DNA of 64,000 nt from Mobula hypostoma (Eukaryota), in NCBI RefSeq assembly GCF_963921235.1, contig NC_086097.1:172052001-172116000 (forward strand), read 5' to 3'. Positions 22,251-33,435 of this stretch are shown here, in pieces (the first letter of the stretch is position 1; each line of letters begins with the position of its first letter). The notes under the pieces were generated by a model. That model made no database searches, was not told where the DNA came from, and was given only the letters and a program-made list of their open reading frames with translations. The translations under genes and the position numbers were made by a program.

Positions 22251-25200
22251 GAGTTACAAAATACACATGGACTAAGGTGTTAACTTTCCTGTGCTATCAC
22301 CAGTGGGATCATCAGTTGATCTGCCACCTGTCTTCAGGAGTTTCGGCCCGCTTATGATCAAGACTCCCTTGAGGTGGTGGGCCAGCAGTGCTAAAGCAGC
22401 ACCTCCCACTGGTGAGCTTAAAAGCTTGGCATCTGCCTCTATCAGAGTTGTTGGTCACTTCCATCCAACAGATAGTCTACTCTTCAGGTGTCTATGCAAC
22501 TACTGAAGGGTTTGCAAGATATGTCTACACTGTCTGACTATCTGCCCCTCTGGACATACTTGGTCCACACCCATGCTGATCCTTTCTCTGCTGCCTCAGC
22601 TACAGCCCTGCTGGTTGACTTGATCTCTCTTCTAGTGAAGCCAAGGTCACGCAGCCACTTCTGGAGAGTGAACACAATAAACCCACGGCAGCCTACTTCG
22701 AATGGATAGCATGAGACCTTCCACCCTCTGTCTCTGCACTCTGATCTGAACTCTGCATACTTGGTTAACTTGCGCTCATGGGCTTCATCGATGTTGTCTT
22801 CCCAGGGGACTGTGAGTTCACCAATAACCGCTTCTCTACTGCTGTCAGACCATACGATTATATCTGGACGCAGTGTTGTGAAAGCTATTTGCTCCGGGAA
22901 ACTGCCTTTCCCGTCCAGGTCAGCCTTGACACACCAATCATTGGCTGAAGAAAGTATGCTTGATCGTGAGCCTGTGCTGTACACCCTTGACTTGGAGCCT
23001 TCTTTCACAAATAATGTGCAATGTTCTGTGCAGCATGGGGCATGAGATAAGTTGTGCTGCAGTACTCTCTGCTCAATCGCTTCTGTCACAACTTTGAGAA
23101 TGTTGTTGTGTCTCCAAGTGTACATGCTGCTGGAAAGATTGACTCTGCATGCACTCAAGATATGTTGAAGTGTTCCCTTCTCGCCACAAGCAGCACACCT
23201 GTCTGTCTTATCTTCATACCAGGTGCTGAGGTTGGCAGGTGTTGGGAGCAGATCGTACGCTGCTCTGCATAAAAAAGAAATGCGGAGCGGTTCCATCTGC
23301 CACAGAACATTCCAAGATCGGTGTCATTGTTTAACACTTTCCCACCGGGTCCAAGCTCCTTGTTTGGCCAGGCCAGCTGTTTTAGTTAACCTCTTCTCCT
23401 CTTCTACCGCTCGTATTTCTTGTGTTACAAGCTCACAGCGCTCCTTACCTGTAGAAGATGACCACCACTTGTGGGTTGTCCATCCAAGTCCCTGGCGGCC
23501 TAGCTGGATAGCCCCAACCATCTCCTTGTGCTTCAATCTAGACTCTGCCTCATCAACTGCTACACGGGCTGACCACTTCCTGCCTGATCTCACATCTGGC
23601 TGGGTGTTCTTGATGACAGGGTCTTTTGAGTCTCGAAGCATCAAGAATGATCTTGCCTTGGCTACCTTGACTTCCTCAACAAGGGATTGCACTGGGATAG
23701 TAAGCTTTGTCTGGCTACTGTGGATTGCAACATTGGTGAGGCTGCTCAGTACTCCAAGCCACTTCTTCACATACTTGTTGATCTTCCGTTCCATTGCCTC
23801 AACATGGGACATTGTCACTTCATAGACAGTTAGCGGCCACATTATTCGTGGCATCAATCCGTACTGCAAGCACCACAACTTCAACTTGCCAGGCGAGCCA
23901 CACTTGTCAACAGACATCAGACTTCTGCTGATCTGTTCTGCTGTCTCTTGAACCCTCTTGGTGTCTCTCAGCTCCTCTGTGTACCATCGCCCGAGGCTCT
24001 TAACTAGTTGGTCCTGAATGGATGGAATCTCCTCTCCACAAAGGGTGAAATGAAAGTCAACCAGCTTTCCTCTCCTAAGAACAAGGCTCCTTGACTTCTT
24101 GGTCTTGAACTTCATTCTTCCCCAATCCATTAGCTCCTCGAGTCTAGATAGTACATTTTCCACTGCCTCCGTGCTGGGACCCAAAAGGGTAAGATCATCC
24201 ATGAATGCTCATATTGGTGGTAACTCCTCTCCACCATCAAGTGTGACACCAGGTCCCACTGATTCTACAGCCCTCACAATAACCTTCATAGCTAGCACAA
24301 AAAGGATGGGTGAAATTGCACATCCCATTGGGATTCCAACATCCAAGCTCTGCCACCTAGTTGTAAACTGCTGAGTGGAAAACGTCATCCGGAAATCGTT
24401 GTAGTACTGCATAACAAAGTTCCTCACCTTCGCAGGAATCCATAGGAATTCCATCACAAACTCAACCAGGACATGGGAAACAGAACCATACGCATTTGCC
24501 AGATCAAGCCAAACTACAGCCAGATTTCTTCTCAACCTTTTTGACTCCTGGATGGTATGCCATATCATACTAGAATGTACAAGGCATCCTGGGAAGCCTG
24601 GTATTCCTGCCTTCTGCACAGATGTATTTACTAATCCATTTTCAATCACAAATGAAGATATTCTTTCTGCCAGAATGCCAAACATAATCTTCCCCTCTAC
24701 ATTCACGAGTGAAATTGGTCGGAACTGATTCAAAGTAGAAGAATTCTCTTCCTTCGGGATGTATACTCCTTCAGCCTCACTCCATGACAAAGGAACAACA
24801 CCTTGTCTCCACACCACCTTTAACAATCTCCACAAGTATTTCCTCAGCTGTTCACACTTCTTGAACACCTTATACAGCACTCCATTAGGTTCTGGCACTG
24901 AGCCTGACCTTGCCTTTCTGATGAACCGTTCGACTTCTGCCAGTTTGGGTTCTGACAGATCGAACTTCACTCCTGGCCTGGTAGGCTTCACAAGCCCTGA
25001 AATGTCAAGCAAAGGAGCCTCCCACTGTTCGTTAGAGTAAGTGTTGCTAGGTGATCCTCAAGTTCTTGTTGAGAGATGTTAAGCTGCCCGCTCTTACTTT
25101 GTTCAAACAGTTTCTTTGTGAACTCGTGAGGGTTCTCAAAGAACGACTTTCTTGCCTTCTCTCTCTTCTTTCTCTTTTTACGTTGTGACTTTGCATGATG

Positions 25201-25570
25201 GAGTGATGCTAACTTTATTCGAAAATGCTCTTGGAGATCAGCAAGCCCTGGCTTGTCACCCTCACTTGCTACCTTCCACCTCTGTCTCAACGATCTAAGC
25301 TCTCTCCTCAACCTACTAATCTCCTTCTGGCGCCTGCTTGGTTGCTGTGTAGGCTTTGTTTTCTTCAACTCAACCAAACCAAACTTGTACTTTCCAACAT
25401 CGTAAATCATATCGCCCATCACTTCCAACTTTCTCTTTGATGTTCCCCGAGAGTGTTCTCCAACATCATACTGATATCCTCATCAAATACACGCCAAGCC
25501 TTCTCGTCTGCCATTGCTAGCCACTTGACCTTCCTCTTCTTCTCTACCTCCTTACCACCGCCACCACGCC
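22251..25570 (-). mobile_element. HERO-like (R2 group, restriction-like endonuclease) non-LTR retrotransposon, 5'-truncated and frameshifted
   Basis: RT (FRPISLVNVEGKI, WLDLANAYGSV, GIPMGCAISP, MDDLT), CCHC zinc finger (CAACGEKGTLQHILSAC), RHN, RPD...ELTVPW, K..KY RLE motifs; stop at 22538; 3' UTR 22251-22537. Confidence 0.88.
22302..22368 (-). ncRNA. Candidate non-circularly permuted hammerhead ribozyme in the HERO 3' UTR
   Basis: GGGAG-UC|UUGAUC-AUA-AGCGGG-CC-GAAA-CUCCU-(14 nt)-GAUCAA-CUGAUGA-U-CCCACU; stems I, II and III all pair. Confidence 0.65.
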
Positions 25571-28500
25571 ACCAAAGAACTGATTGTGGACTTCTGAAAG
25601 GGTAAGACAAGGGAACACACACCAGTCCCCATAGAGGGATCAGAAGAAAACATGACAATATTTTGTTAAAAGTTTGAGGAGATTTATTATGTCATGCTTT
25701 CTTTGTAGCTGCATCAATATGTTGGGTTTAGGATAAATCCTCAGAGATGTTGACACCGAGGAACTTGAAATTGCTCACTCTTTTCACTTCTGATCCCTCT
25801 ATGGGGACTGGTCTGTGTTCCCTTGTCTTACCCTTTCAGAAGTCCACAATCAGTTCTTTGGTCTGTATGCCCTCTCGTCACTATCTGAAATACTGCCAAC
25901 AATAGTTGTATTGTCAGCAAATTTAAAGGCAACATTTGAGTTGTGCCTAGCCACACAGTCATGGGTTTAGAGAGACTAAAGCAGTGGGCTATGCAAACAC
26001 CCCTGAGGTGCGCCAGTGTTGATTGTCAGCAAGGAGGAGATGTTATTTCTGATCTGCACAGATTGTGATCTTCTGATCAGGAAGTTGAAGATCCAGTTTC
26101 AGAGGTCCAGGTTTTGGGGCTTTTCGATCAGAACTGCAGAGTTATAGTGTTAAATGCTGAGCTGTAGTCTATAAATAGCATCCTGACATAGGTATTTGTA
26201 TTGTCCAGGTGATCCAAGGCCACAGGAAGAGACAATACGATCACATCTGCAATGGACCTATTGTGGTGATAGACAAATTGTAGTGGATCCAGTTCCTTGC
26301 TGAGACAGTAGAAAATTCTAGCCATAACTAGCCTCCCAATAACTAGACCGGACAAAGGGTCTCGACCCGAAACGTCAACTGTACTTCTTCCTATAGATGT
26401 TGCCTGGCCTGTTGTGTTCCACCAGCATTTTGTGAGTTTTTCTCAAAGCATTTCATCACCATAGATGTGTGGTCTACTGGACAATAGTTGCTATGACAGC
26501 ACACCTTGCTCTTCTTGGGCACTGGTATAATTGTTGCCCTTGTGAAGCAGATGGGAACTTCTGACTGTAGCAATGAGAGATTGAAAATGTTTTTGTACAC
26601 TGCTGCCAGTTGGTTGGCACAGGTACTCCATTGTGGCCTGTCACCTTGCGAGTGTTCATCATCCTCTTGAAAAACAGCCTGACACTGGCTTCCAAGAAAG
26701 GGATCACAAGGTCACTGGGTGCTGCAAGGATCCTCAGAGCTGTAGTTTTATTCCACCTTTCAAAGCATGCATAAAGGCATTGAGCTCATCTGGGAGTGAA
26801 GCATCACTGCCACTCATGATGTTGAGTTTCGCTTCATAGGAAGTAATGGCCCGCAAACCCTGCTAGAGTTGACGTGCATCCAACTATGCCTCCACCCTTG
26901 TTTGGAATTATGCCTTTGCTCTTGAGATAGGCACCATAAGTCTTACCGGTTTTTTTTCTACAGGCCTGTGCTGCCAGACCTGAATGCCACAGATCTAGCC
27001 CTCAGTGGACTCCTAGTTCATCCATGGCTTTGGATTTGTGCAAGTACAGTAAGTTCTCAGATACACACTCATCCACACAGGTTTTAATGAAGTCAGTCAC
27101 AGCTGTGGTGTGCTTATTCAAACTCAAAGATGAATTCCTAAATACTGTCCAGTCCACCAATTCAAAGTGGTCCTGTAAGTGCTCCTGAGCCTCCCTCCTC
27201 CAAACCTTCTTGGTCCTTACTACTGGCGCTGCTGTCTTCAATCTCTGTCTATATGCAGGCAAGTGATCAGACTTTCCAAGGTGTGGGTGTGGGATAGGAC
27301 AATAAGCACTCTTAATGGTGGTGTAACAGTGGTTCAGTGTGTTGGTTTCTCTGATACTACAAATGATTTGTTGGTAAGAATTATTTGGAGACTTTTTCAA
27401 GCTGACCTGGTTACAATTCCCCAGAATGATAGGGAAGGCATCAGGATATTTTGTTTCATGTCTGTTTATTATGTTGCTCAGTTCATCTAGAGCCTGGTTT
27501 ACTCTGGCCTGAGGTGGAGTGTACACTACTATCTAGATGATCGCTGAAATCTCCCACAGCAGATAAAATAGAGGACACTTAATTGTGAGATGTTCCAGAT
27601 TGGGACAGCACCACAATGTTTGTACACCACAAGGTATTGATCATAAAGCGTACTCCACTTCCTCTGCCTTTGAAAGACTCAGTAGTTCCATCTTGGTGGT
27701 GATCTGTGAAGCTATCAAGCTGTATCACTGCATCTGAAATAGCGGGGGATAACCAAGATTCCGTGAAACAAAAACTACAATGGCTTTTACTATCACTCTG
27801 TTTAAGCAATCTAGTTCTGAGATCTTTGATTTTATTTACTAGAGACTGTACAGTTACCAGCAAGGTGTTTCTCTTGGAAGCTGAAAGCCACGCTTTCTTA
27901 AACAAACTTTTAAGTCAGAACGGCTTCCTCTCTTCTGCTGTGTTACAGGGAACTACGCTAGTGACCGGAGTTTGTGTGAGTTTTGTCAACTTTGTGTAGG
28001 GATAGATTTTTTAATCACGTTAAAACAATATTACTAGCTATACAGACCATAGTGGCTGTGGTTCTCAGCTGTAGCAGACCAAAATGGGAATATTTGCTGT
28101 TTTCCATCGGAGCTGCTCGCATGAGTTGCCTTCTTGATGGTGCCCCTGAAGTGAAATGGAAAATGGAATCAAAGAATAGAGGGTATGGGTTACAACAAGG
28201 GAAAAGATTTTAAAGGGACCAAAAAAGAAACTTTTTCACACAGAGTCATGGGGGTAGGGGATGGTGGTGGTGCATTTCTGGAACAAACTGCCATGGAAAA
28301 TGGTTGAAGCAGGCACAATAACAAAATTTAATGAACAGTTTACGGAAAGAAAAGATGTGAAGGGATGTCGACCAAATGCAGGCAAATGAAACTAGTTGAG
28401 ATGGTCATGTTGTCAGCGTGGCTGAGTTGGGCTAAAGGGCCTGTTTCCATGATTCTGTTCAGTTAGATGAGGGGATAACAGTAGGCTGTTGATAAGATCC

Positions 28501-30349
28501 TGCAGACTAAGGTGGTGAACAAGTTTACAGCAGATGTAATAATTCAACTGGGATTAAGATTTGGTTAGTAGGGGAAATGAACAGCAGGAAAGATCTGGTC
28601 TTTCTCAGAGTGGTAGGCTGGGATTGGTGGGGTGCCACAGGGATGAGTGCTCGAGTCCAAGCCATTCTCGTGATGGTATTAGGTTTTCTGACCGTGAAGA
28701 TCTAAGCTCAGATAAAGATCTTAAACCCTCTCCAATATAGATAACTGCAGCACCCACACTAAAGGGAGGTTCAACTGTAGCTAACTACTCTTCAAGGACT
28801 TGTTCACTCCCTGTTTATCCTCCATGGTGAATCAATCTAGTCTATAAGCTTCCTTGAATAACTTCGACACCATTGAATAGTTTGAGACAAGCCCAATTAA
28901 CATAACACATAGTCTTACACTGCATCTCTTGAGGAATCAGCCCAAGTGCTGTGAGCTAGTGTTTGTGCCCTAACAGACAGTATACCTTGCTGGAAGCCTG
29001 AGAAGAGTTTATTAGACAGTGTTTGTTTGCTAAGTCGTCCTTTTAATTTCAGAATGAGTACATTAAGAACTAAAGACTGGCTCCCTTTTATGACAAAAAT
29101 CCTAACAAATAACATGGGTTGGAATTTTAACTTTCTTAAAAACAACTGTTTAATCTTTAGAAGTGTCAATTGCTATGTTTAGAAAGCTAAGCAGGGCCTC
29201 CTGACCCTGGACAGTGAAAATCCATCATTTTCTTAACTTCTACCAATGATTTAGCCAAGGGAACCAGATGTAACATATCAAAACGATGAACAATTTGCTG
29301 GAGGAACCAAAAGCATCTGTGTGGAAGAAAGGAAATGTTGATTGATGGCAGAGGGGAAGAAGCTGCTCCTGAATCATTGAGTGTGGACTTTCAGGCTTCC
29401 ATGCCTCCGCCCCAGTGAGCAGTGTTTGATGCTACCTTCATGTGGCCTATTGAAGGTGTCCTTGATGGCGGGGAGGGTTCTGTCCCTGATGTAGCTGGCT
29501 AAGCCTACAACCATCCTGCCACCTGTTGAGGATCTTGTGGCATCGGAGGCTGTGATATAACCAGTCAGAGTGCTCTCCACTGTACACCAATAGAAATTTG
29601 TAACTTGCCTTTATACAATTATAAAGAGCCTTGCTCAGTCTCCCTAAAGTGGAATGTACAGTTCTGAACTCCTTACCTATAAAAAGGGTATATTTCCTAT
29701 TGAAAGGGTACCAGGATTCACCAAACTACTGTAATTCCTGGGACAGTGGGTTTACTGTACGAGGAGAGATTGAGTAGACTGGATTTCCATTCTCTCAATT
29801 TAAAAAAAAGATTAGCTAATGCCAGGGGATATCCTTTTAAAGTGTGTGAAGGAAAGCTTAGGGGAAATAGGCTTCTTACACACAGGTAGGTGTCTGGAAC
29901 AGGGGCGGTGGTAGCGAATGATACACCAGGGACATTTAAGGGACTCTTAGATAGGCACATAGGTGTAAAAAATGGAGTTTATGGGCTCTGTAGGAGGAAA
30001 GGATTAGATTGATCAAGGTGTATACTGTTCTATGAGATGACTTTAATTGAATAGACAAAATTCTCAAAGGGCTTATATGTGGGAAACAGGTGCTAAAACC
30101 AAGGGTCACAGTCTCAGAATGAGGGATGTGTCATTTTGGAAACAGATGAGGAGGAACTTCTCTCAGAGGTTGGAGGATCCTTGGAATTCTTCACATCCAA
30201 AGGCTTTGGAGGCTGAGTCATTGATTTGCATTTAAAATAAAGGTCAACAAATTTTTGGATACTGGAAGAATCAAGGAATATGGGAATAATGTTAAAAAAT
30301 GCATTTGAGCGTTACAATTAGACCATAACAGAATCAGATCATCTTCTTC

Positions 30350-31155
30350 TGCTTTGGAACATCTGGACAGTGAAGGTGCAGACATCAGAATGCTCCTCAT
30401 TGACTACAGCTCTGCATTCAATACCATCACCCCTCAAAGGTAGTCAATAAGCTCGAAGACCTATGTCCTTGTGGAACTGGATCCTCGATTTACTCACTTG
30501 CAGACCCCAGTCAGTTTGGATTGACAACTTCTCCTTCATAATCACCTTGAACACAGGTGCACCACAAGTTTGTGTGCTTAGCCTCCAGCGCTACTCGCTT
30601 TACGCACAGCACAGCTCCAATGCCAGATTTAAATTTGCTGATGATACCACTGTCATTGGCCGAATCAAAGTGGTGACAAGTCAACATATAGGAGGGAGAC
30701 TGAAAATCTGGCTGAATGATGCCACAACAACAGCCTCTCACTCAATGTCAGCAAAACCAAAGAGTCGATTATTGACTACAGGAGGAGGAAACCAGAGGTC
30801 CATGAGCCAGTCCTCATCAAGGGATCAGAGGTGGAGAGGGTCAGCAACTTTAAATTCCTCAGAGTAATCATTTCAGAGATTCTGTTCTGGTCCAGCATAT
30901 AACTGCCATTACAAAGAAAGCATAGCAGTGCCTCTAGTTTCTTAGACGTTTGTGAAGATTTGGCATGTCATCTAAAACTTTTTCAAACTTCTATTGATGT
31001 GCAGTGGAAAGTATACTGACTGGTTGGAACATGACCTGGTATGGAAACACCAATGCCACCAAATGGAAAAACCTACAAAAAACAGTGCATACAGTCCAGT
31101 GTGTCATAGGTAAAGCCCTCCCCACCATTAAGCACATCTACAAGGAGTGCTGCAC
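30350..31155 (+). mobile_element. Rex1/Babar-like RT fragment
   Basis: WILDLLTCRPQSV, TGAPQVCVLS, KFADDTTVIG. Confidence 0.8.
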
Positions 31156-32419
31156 CTGTCTAAATGCTTCTTAAATGCCACTATCATATCTGCTCCACTA
31201 CTTCCCGGGCAGCCCATTCCAGGTGCCTTCTGCTCACTGTATAAAAAATAACATGCTTCACATATCTTCTTTAAGCATTCCCTCTCTCACCTTGCAGGTA
31301 TGCTCTCTGGTACTTGATGTTCTTACCCTGGGGAAAAAATTCTACCTGACTTCTCTATTTATGCCTCTCTTGATTTTAAAACTCTCCAGAGAAATCTGTC
31401 TGTGTTGGTCCAACCATTTTAATGACTTGAGTCACAAATGAAGAGGATGAGTGGTTTGATACAACACAGAACACAGAACGGTACAGTACAGGAACAGGCA
31501 CTTCAGCCTATGATGTTGTGCCAGACTAATGATTGCTCATATATGCTCAGAAAGTAAGGAACTCATTGAAGACCTATTAGAGCAACTCTAAGCAGGAGGT
31601 GAGTGGGACATACGCAATAAGACAAGGGATGGTTCATGTCCTCCTCTGCCTGTGGATGCACAAACCTGAATCAAGCAATGGAACACGTCATCACAGCCTG
31701 AAAATGACACTGATCCACTGACCTCGATGGAGATACTTGTCCATGTAGTGACTTAGAGAGCTCCTGTACACTGTCAGGAAGCTGCTCCATCTTATCTAAG
31801 CAAGAGGAAGAGATGAGAGAATCAGTTTTTGCCTCCAGGAGAGGTTCAATCATAAAATCACCCAACATCTGGCAAGTTCAGAGAAGTAACTGATTTATCC
31901 TTGAATATTACATTGATGTAACTAACACTTATTTTCAGTACTTGGAACAGCTTGGTACTCAAAGGAATTTTAAAAAAGACTCCCCTTCGAGGGGTACATA
32001 CCCATTATATACACCTATTCCTAATCATCGTGAACAAGGATTATTGGCAGTTGGTCAGGAAAAGGGTGAGATCATCTTGTGCGCACCCTGTGATTCTGTA
32101 CCAAGGTTTGATTGCACTTTAGTTCCTGTGTGGCTTGTGTTAACAAAGAGACATTAATAGGGCAGGAAGTACTGTTCCCTGTCACTGAAGTGTATAGCCC
32201 ACCAAGCCTGTGTTGGGTCTGTGAAAGAGCACTCCGATTCATTCCACTGCCCTTTTCTTTCCTCACATCCCTTTCTTTTAACCAAGTACTGTACAATCTG
32301 GTGTAGAACTCTATTTTCTGGTTCATTTTGAGAGAGAGCTGGTGGAGTGAGTGATTGGAACTGACACATGAATGCAGTATTCCTTTGTGTGTTTGTCTAA
32401 TCAAATTGGATACAACGCT

Positions 32420-32630
32420 ACAACTAATAGTGTATCTGCCTTACAGTTCCTGCAACCTGGGTTCAGTTCTGACCTCTGTTGCTGTCTGTGTGGAGTTTGT
32501 ATGTTGTTCTCCGTGTGACCATGTAGACTTCCTCCGGCTACTCCTGTTTCCTCCCGCATGCCAAAGATATGCAGTTTGGTGGGTTAACAACTGTAACTTG
32601 CCCCTGGAGTGTAGGGAAGGGGTAGAATCT
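32420..32630 (+). mobile_element. V-SINE (HE1-like tRNA-derived SINE), degenerate
   Basis: B-box-like 'gggttcagttc' followed by a V-domain-like 'gtgtggagtttgtatgtt...tcctccggctactcctgtttcctcccgcatgccaaaga'. Confidence 0.7.
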
Positions 32631-32959
32631 GGGGGAACATCAAATATAGAACAGAATAGCACAGGAACAGCCCCTTTGGCCTATGATGTCTGCTAATCAT
32701 GATGCCAATTCCAACTATATATCTGCCTGCATATTGTCGATACTCCTCTATTCTCTGGCTATTCATGGGCCTATTGAATTGCTTCTTAAATTTTGCGATT
32801 GCATCTGCTTTCACTTCCTCCCCTGAAATGTATTCCAGAGACCTATCACACTCTGTGTAAAAAAAAACTTACCTTATAAGTCTCCTTTAAACTTTCCCCC
32901 TCTCATCTTAAAGCTAGTTTTTGAACAATTTCATCTCAAGAAAAAGAGCCTGAATTTTA

Positions 32960-33435
32960 TGGAGGCCAAATATTTTAATTCTGATTCCTATTCCCACTCT
33001 TGTGCCAAGATGAGGTCACCCTTAGGGTGGAGGAGCAACACCTTACATTCTGTCTGGGTAGCCTCCAACCCGATGCATGAATATCAATTTCTCATTTCAG
33101 AAAAAAAATTCCCTTCCTCCTTCCCCCTTCTTCTGTTCCCCACTCTGGTCTCTTACCTCATCTCACTGCTTACCACCTCCACCTGCATCTTCTCTTCCTT
33201 CCCTTTTTCACTGGTCCACTCTCACCTCCTATCAGATTCCTTCCTCTCGAGCCCTTTACCTTTCCTACTCACCTGGCTTCACCTGTCACCTTTTAGCTAT
33301 CATCCGTTCCCTCCTCACCATTTTATTCTGGCATCTTCCCCCTTCCTTTCCAGTCCTGCTGAAGGGTCTTGGCCCAAAACATTGACTGTATTTTTTTCCA
33401 TAGATGCCGCCTGGCCTGCTGAGTGCCTCCAGAAT
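32960..33435 (+). mobile_element. Older Penelope fragment (GIY-YIG end plus pLTR with decayed hammerhead)
   Basis: 'ggaggagcaacaccttacattctgtctgggtagcctccaacc'; pyrimidine-rich pLTR; 'gaagggtcttggcccaaaacattgactg'. Confidence 0.75.

Larger units (their letters stand above)
21722..28140 (-). mobile_element. Rex1/Babar-like LINE (EN + RT), interrupted by the HERO element and a Penelope fragment (~26345-26437)
   Basis: [12 protein letters not shown]...[28 protein letters not shown] motifs CFTESWL and HLGKSDH; 3' tail at 21722. Confidence 0.85.

Noticed and set aside
22331..22337. Second CUGAAGA motif inside the ribozyme linker (minus strand)
   Set aside because: It has no matching stem I/II partners and overlaps stem III.
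23223..23825. 200-aa plus-strand ORF
   Set aside because: Antisense shadow of the HERO ORF.
25500..25570. R2-type HDV ribozyme at the HERO 5' end
   Set aside because: The element is 5'-truncated inside the ORF, so no 5' UTR is present.
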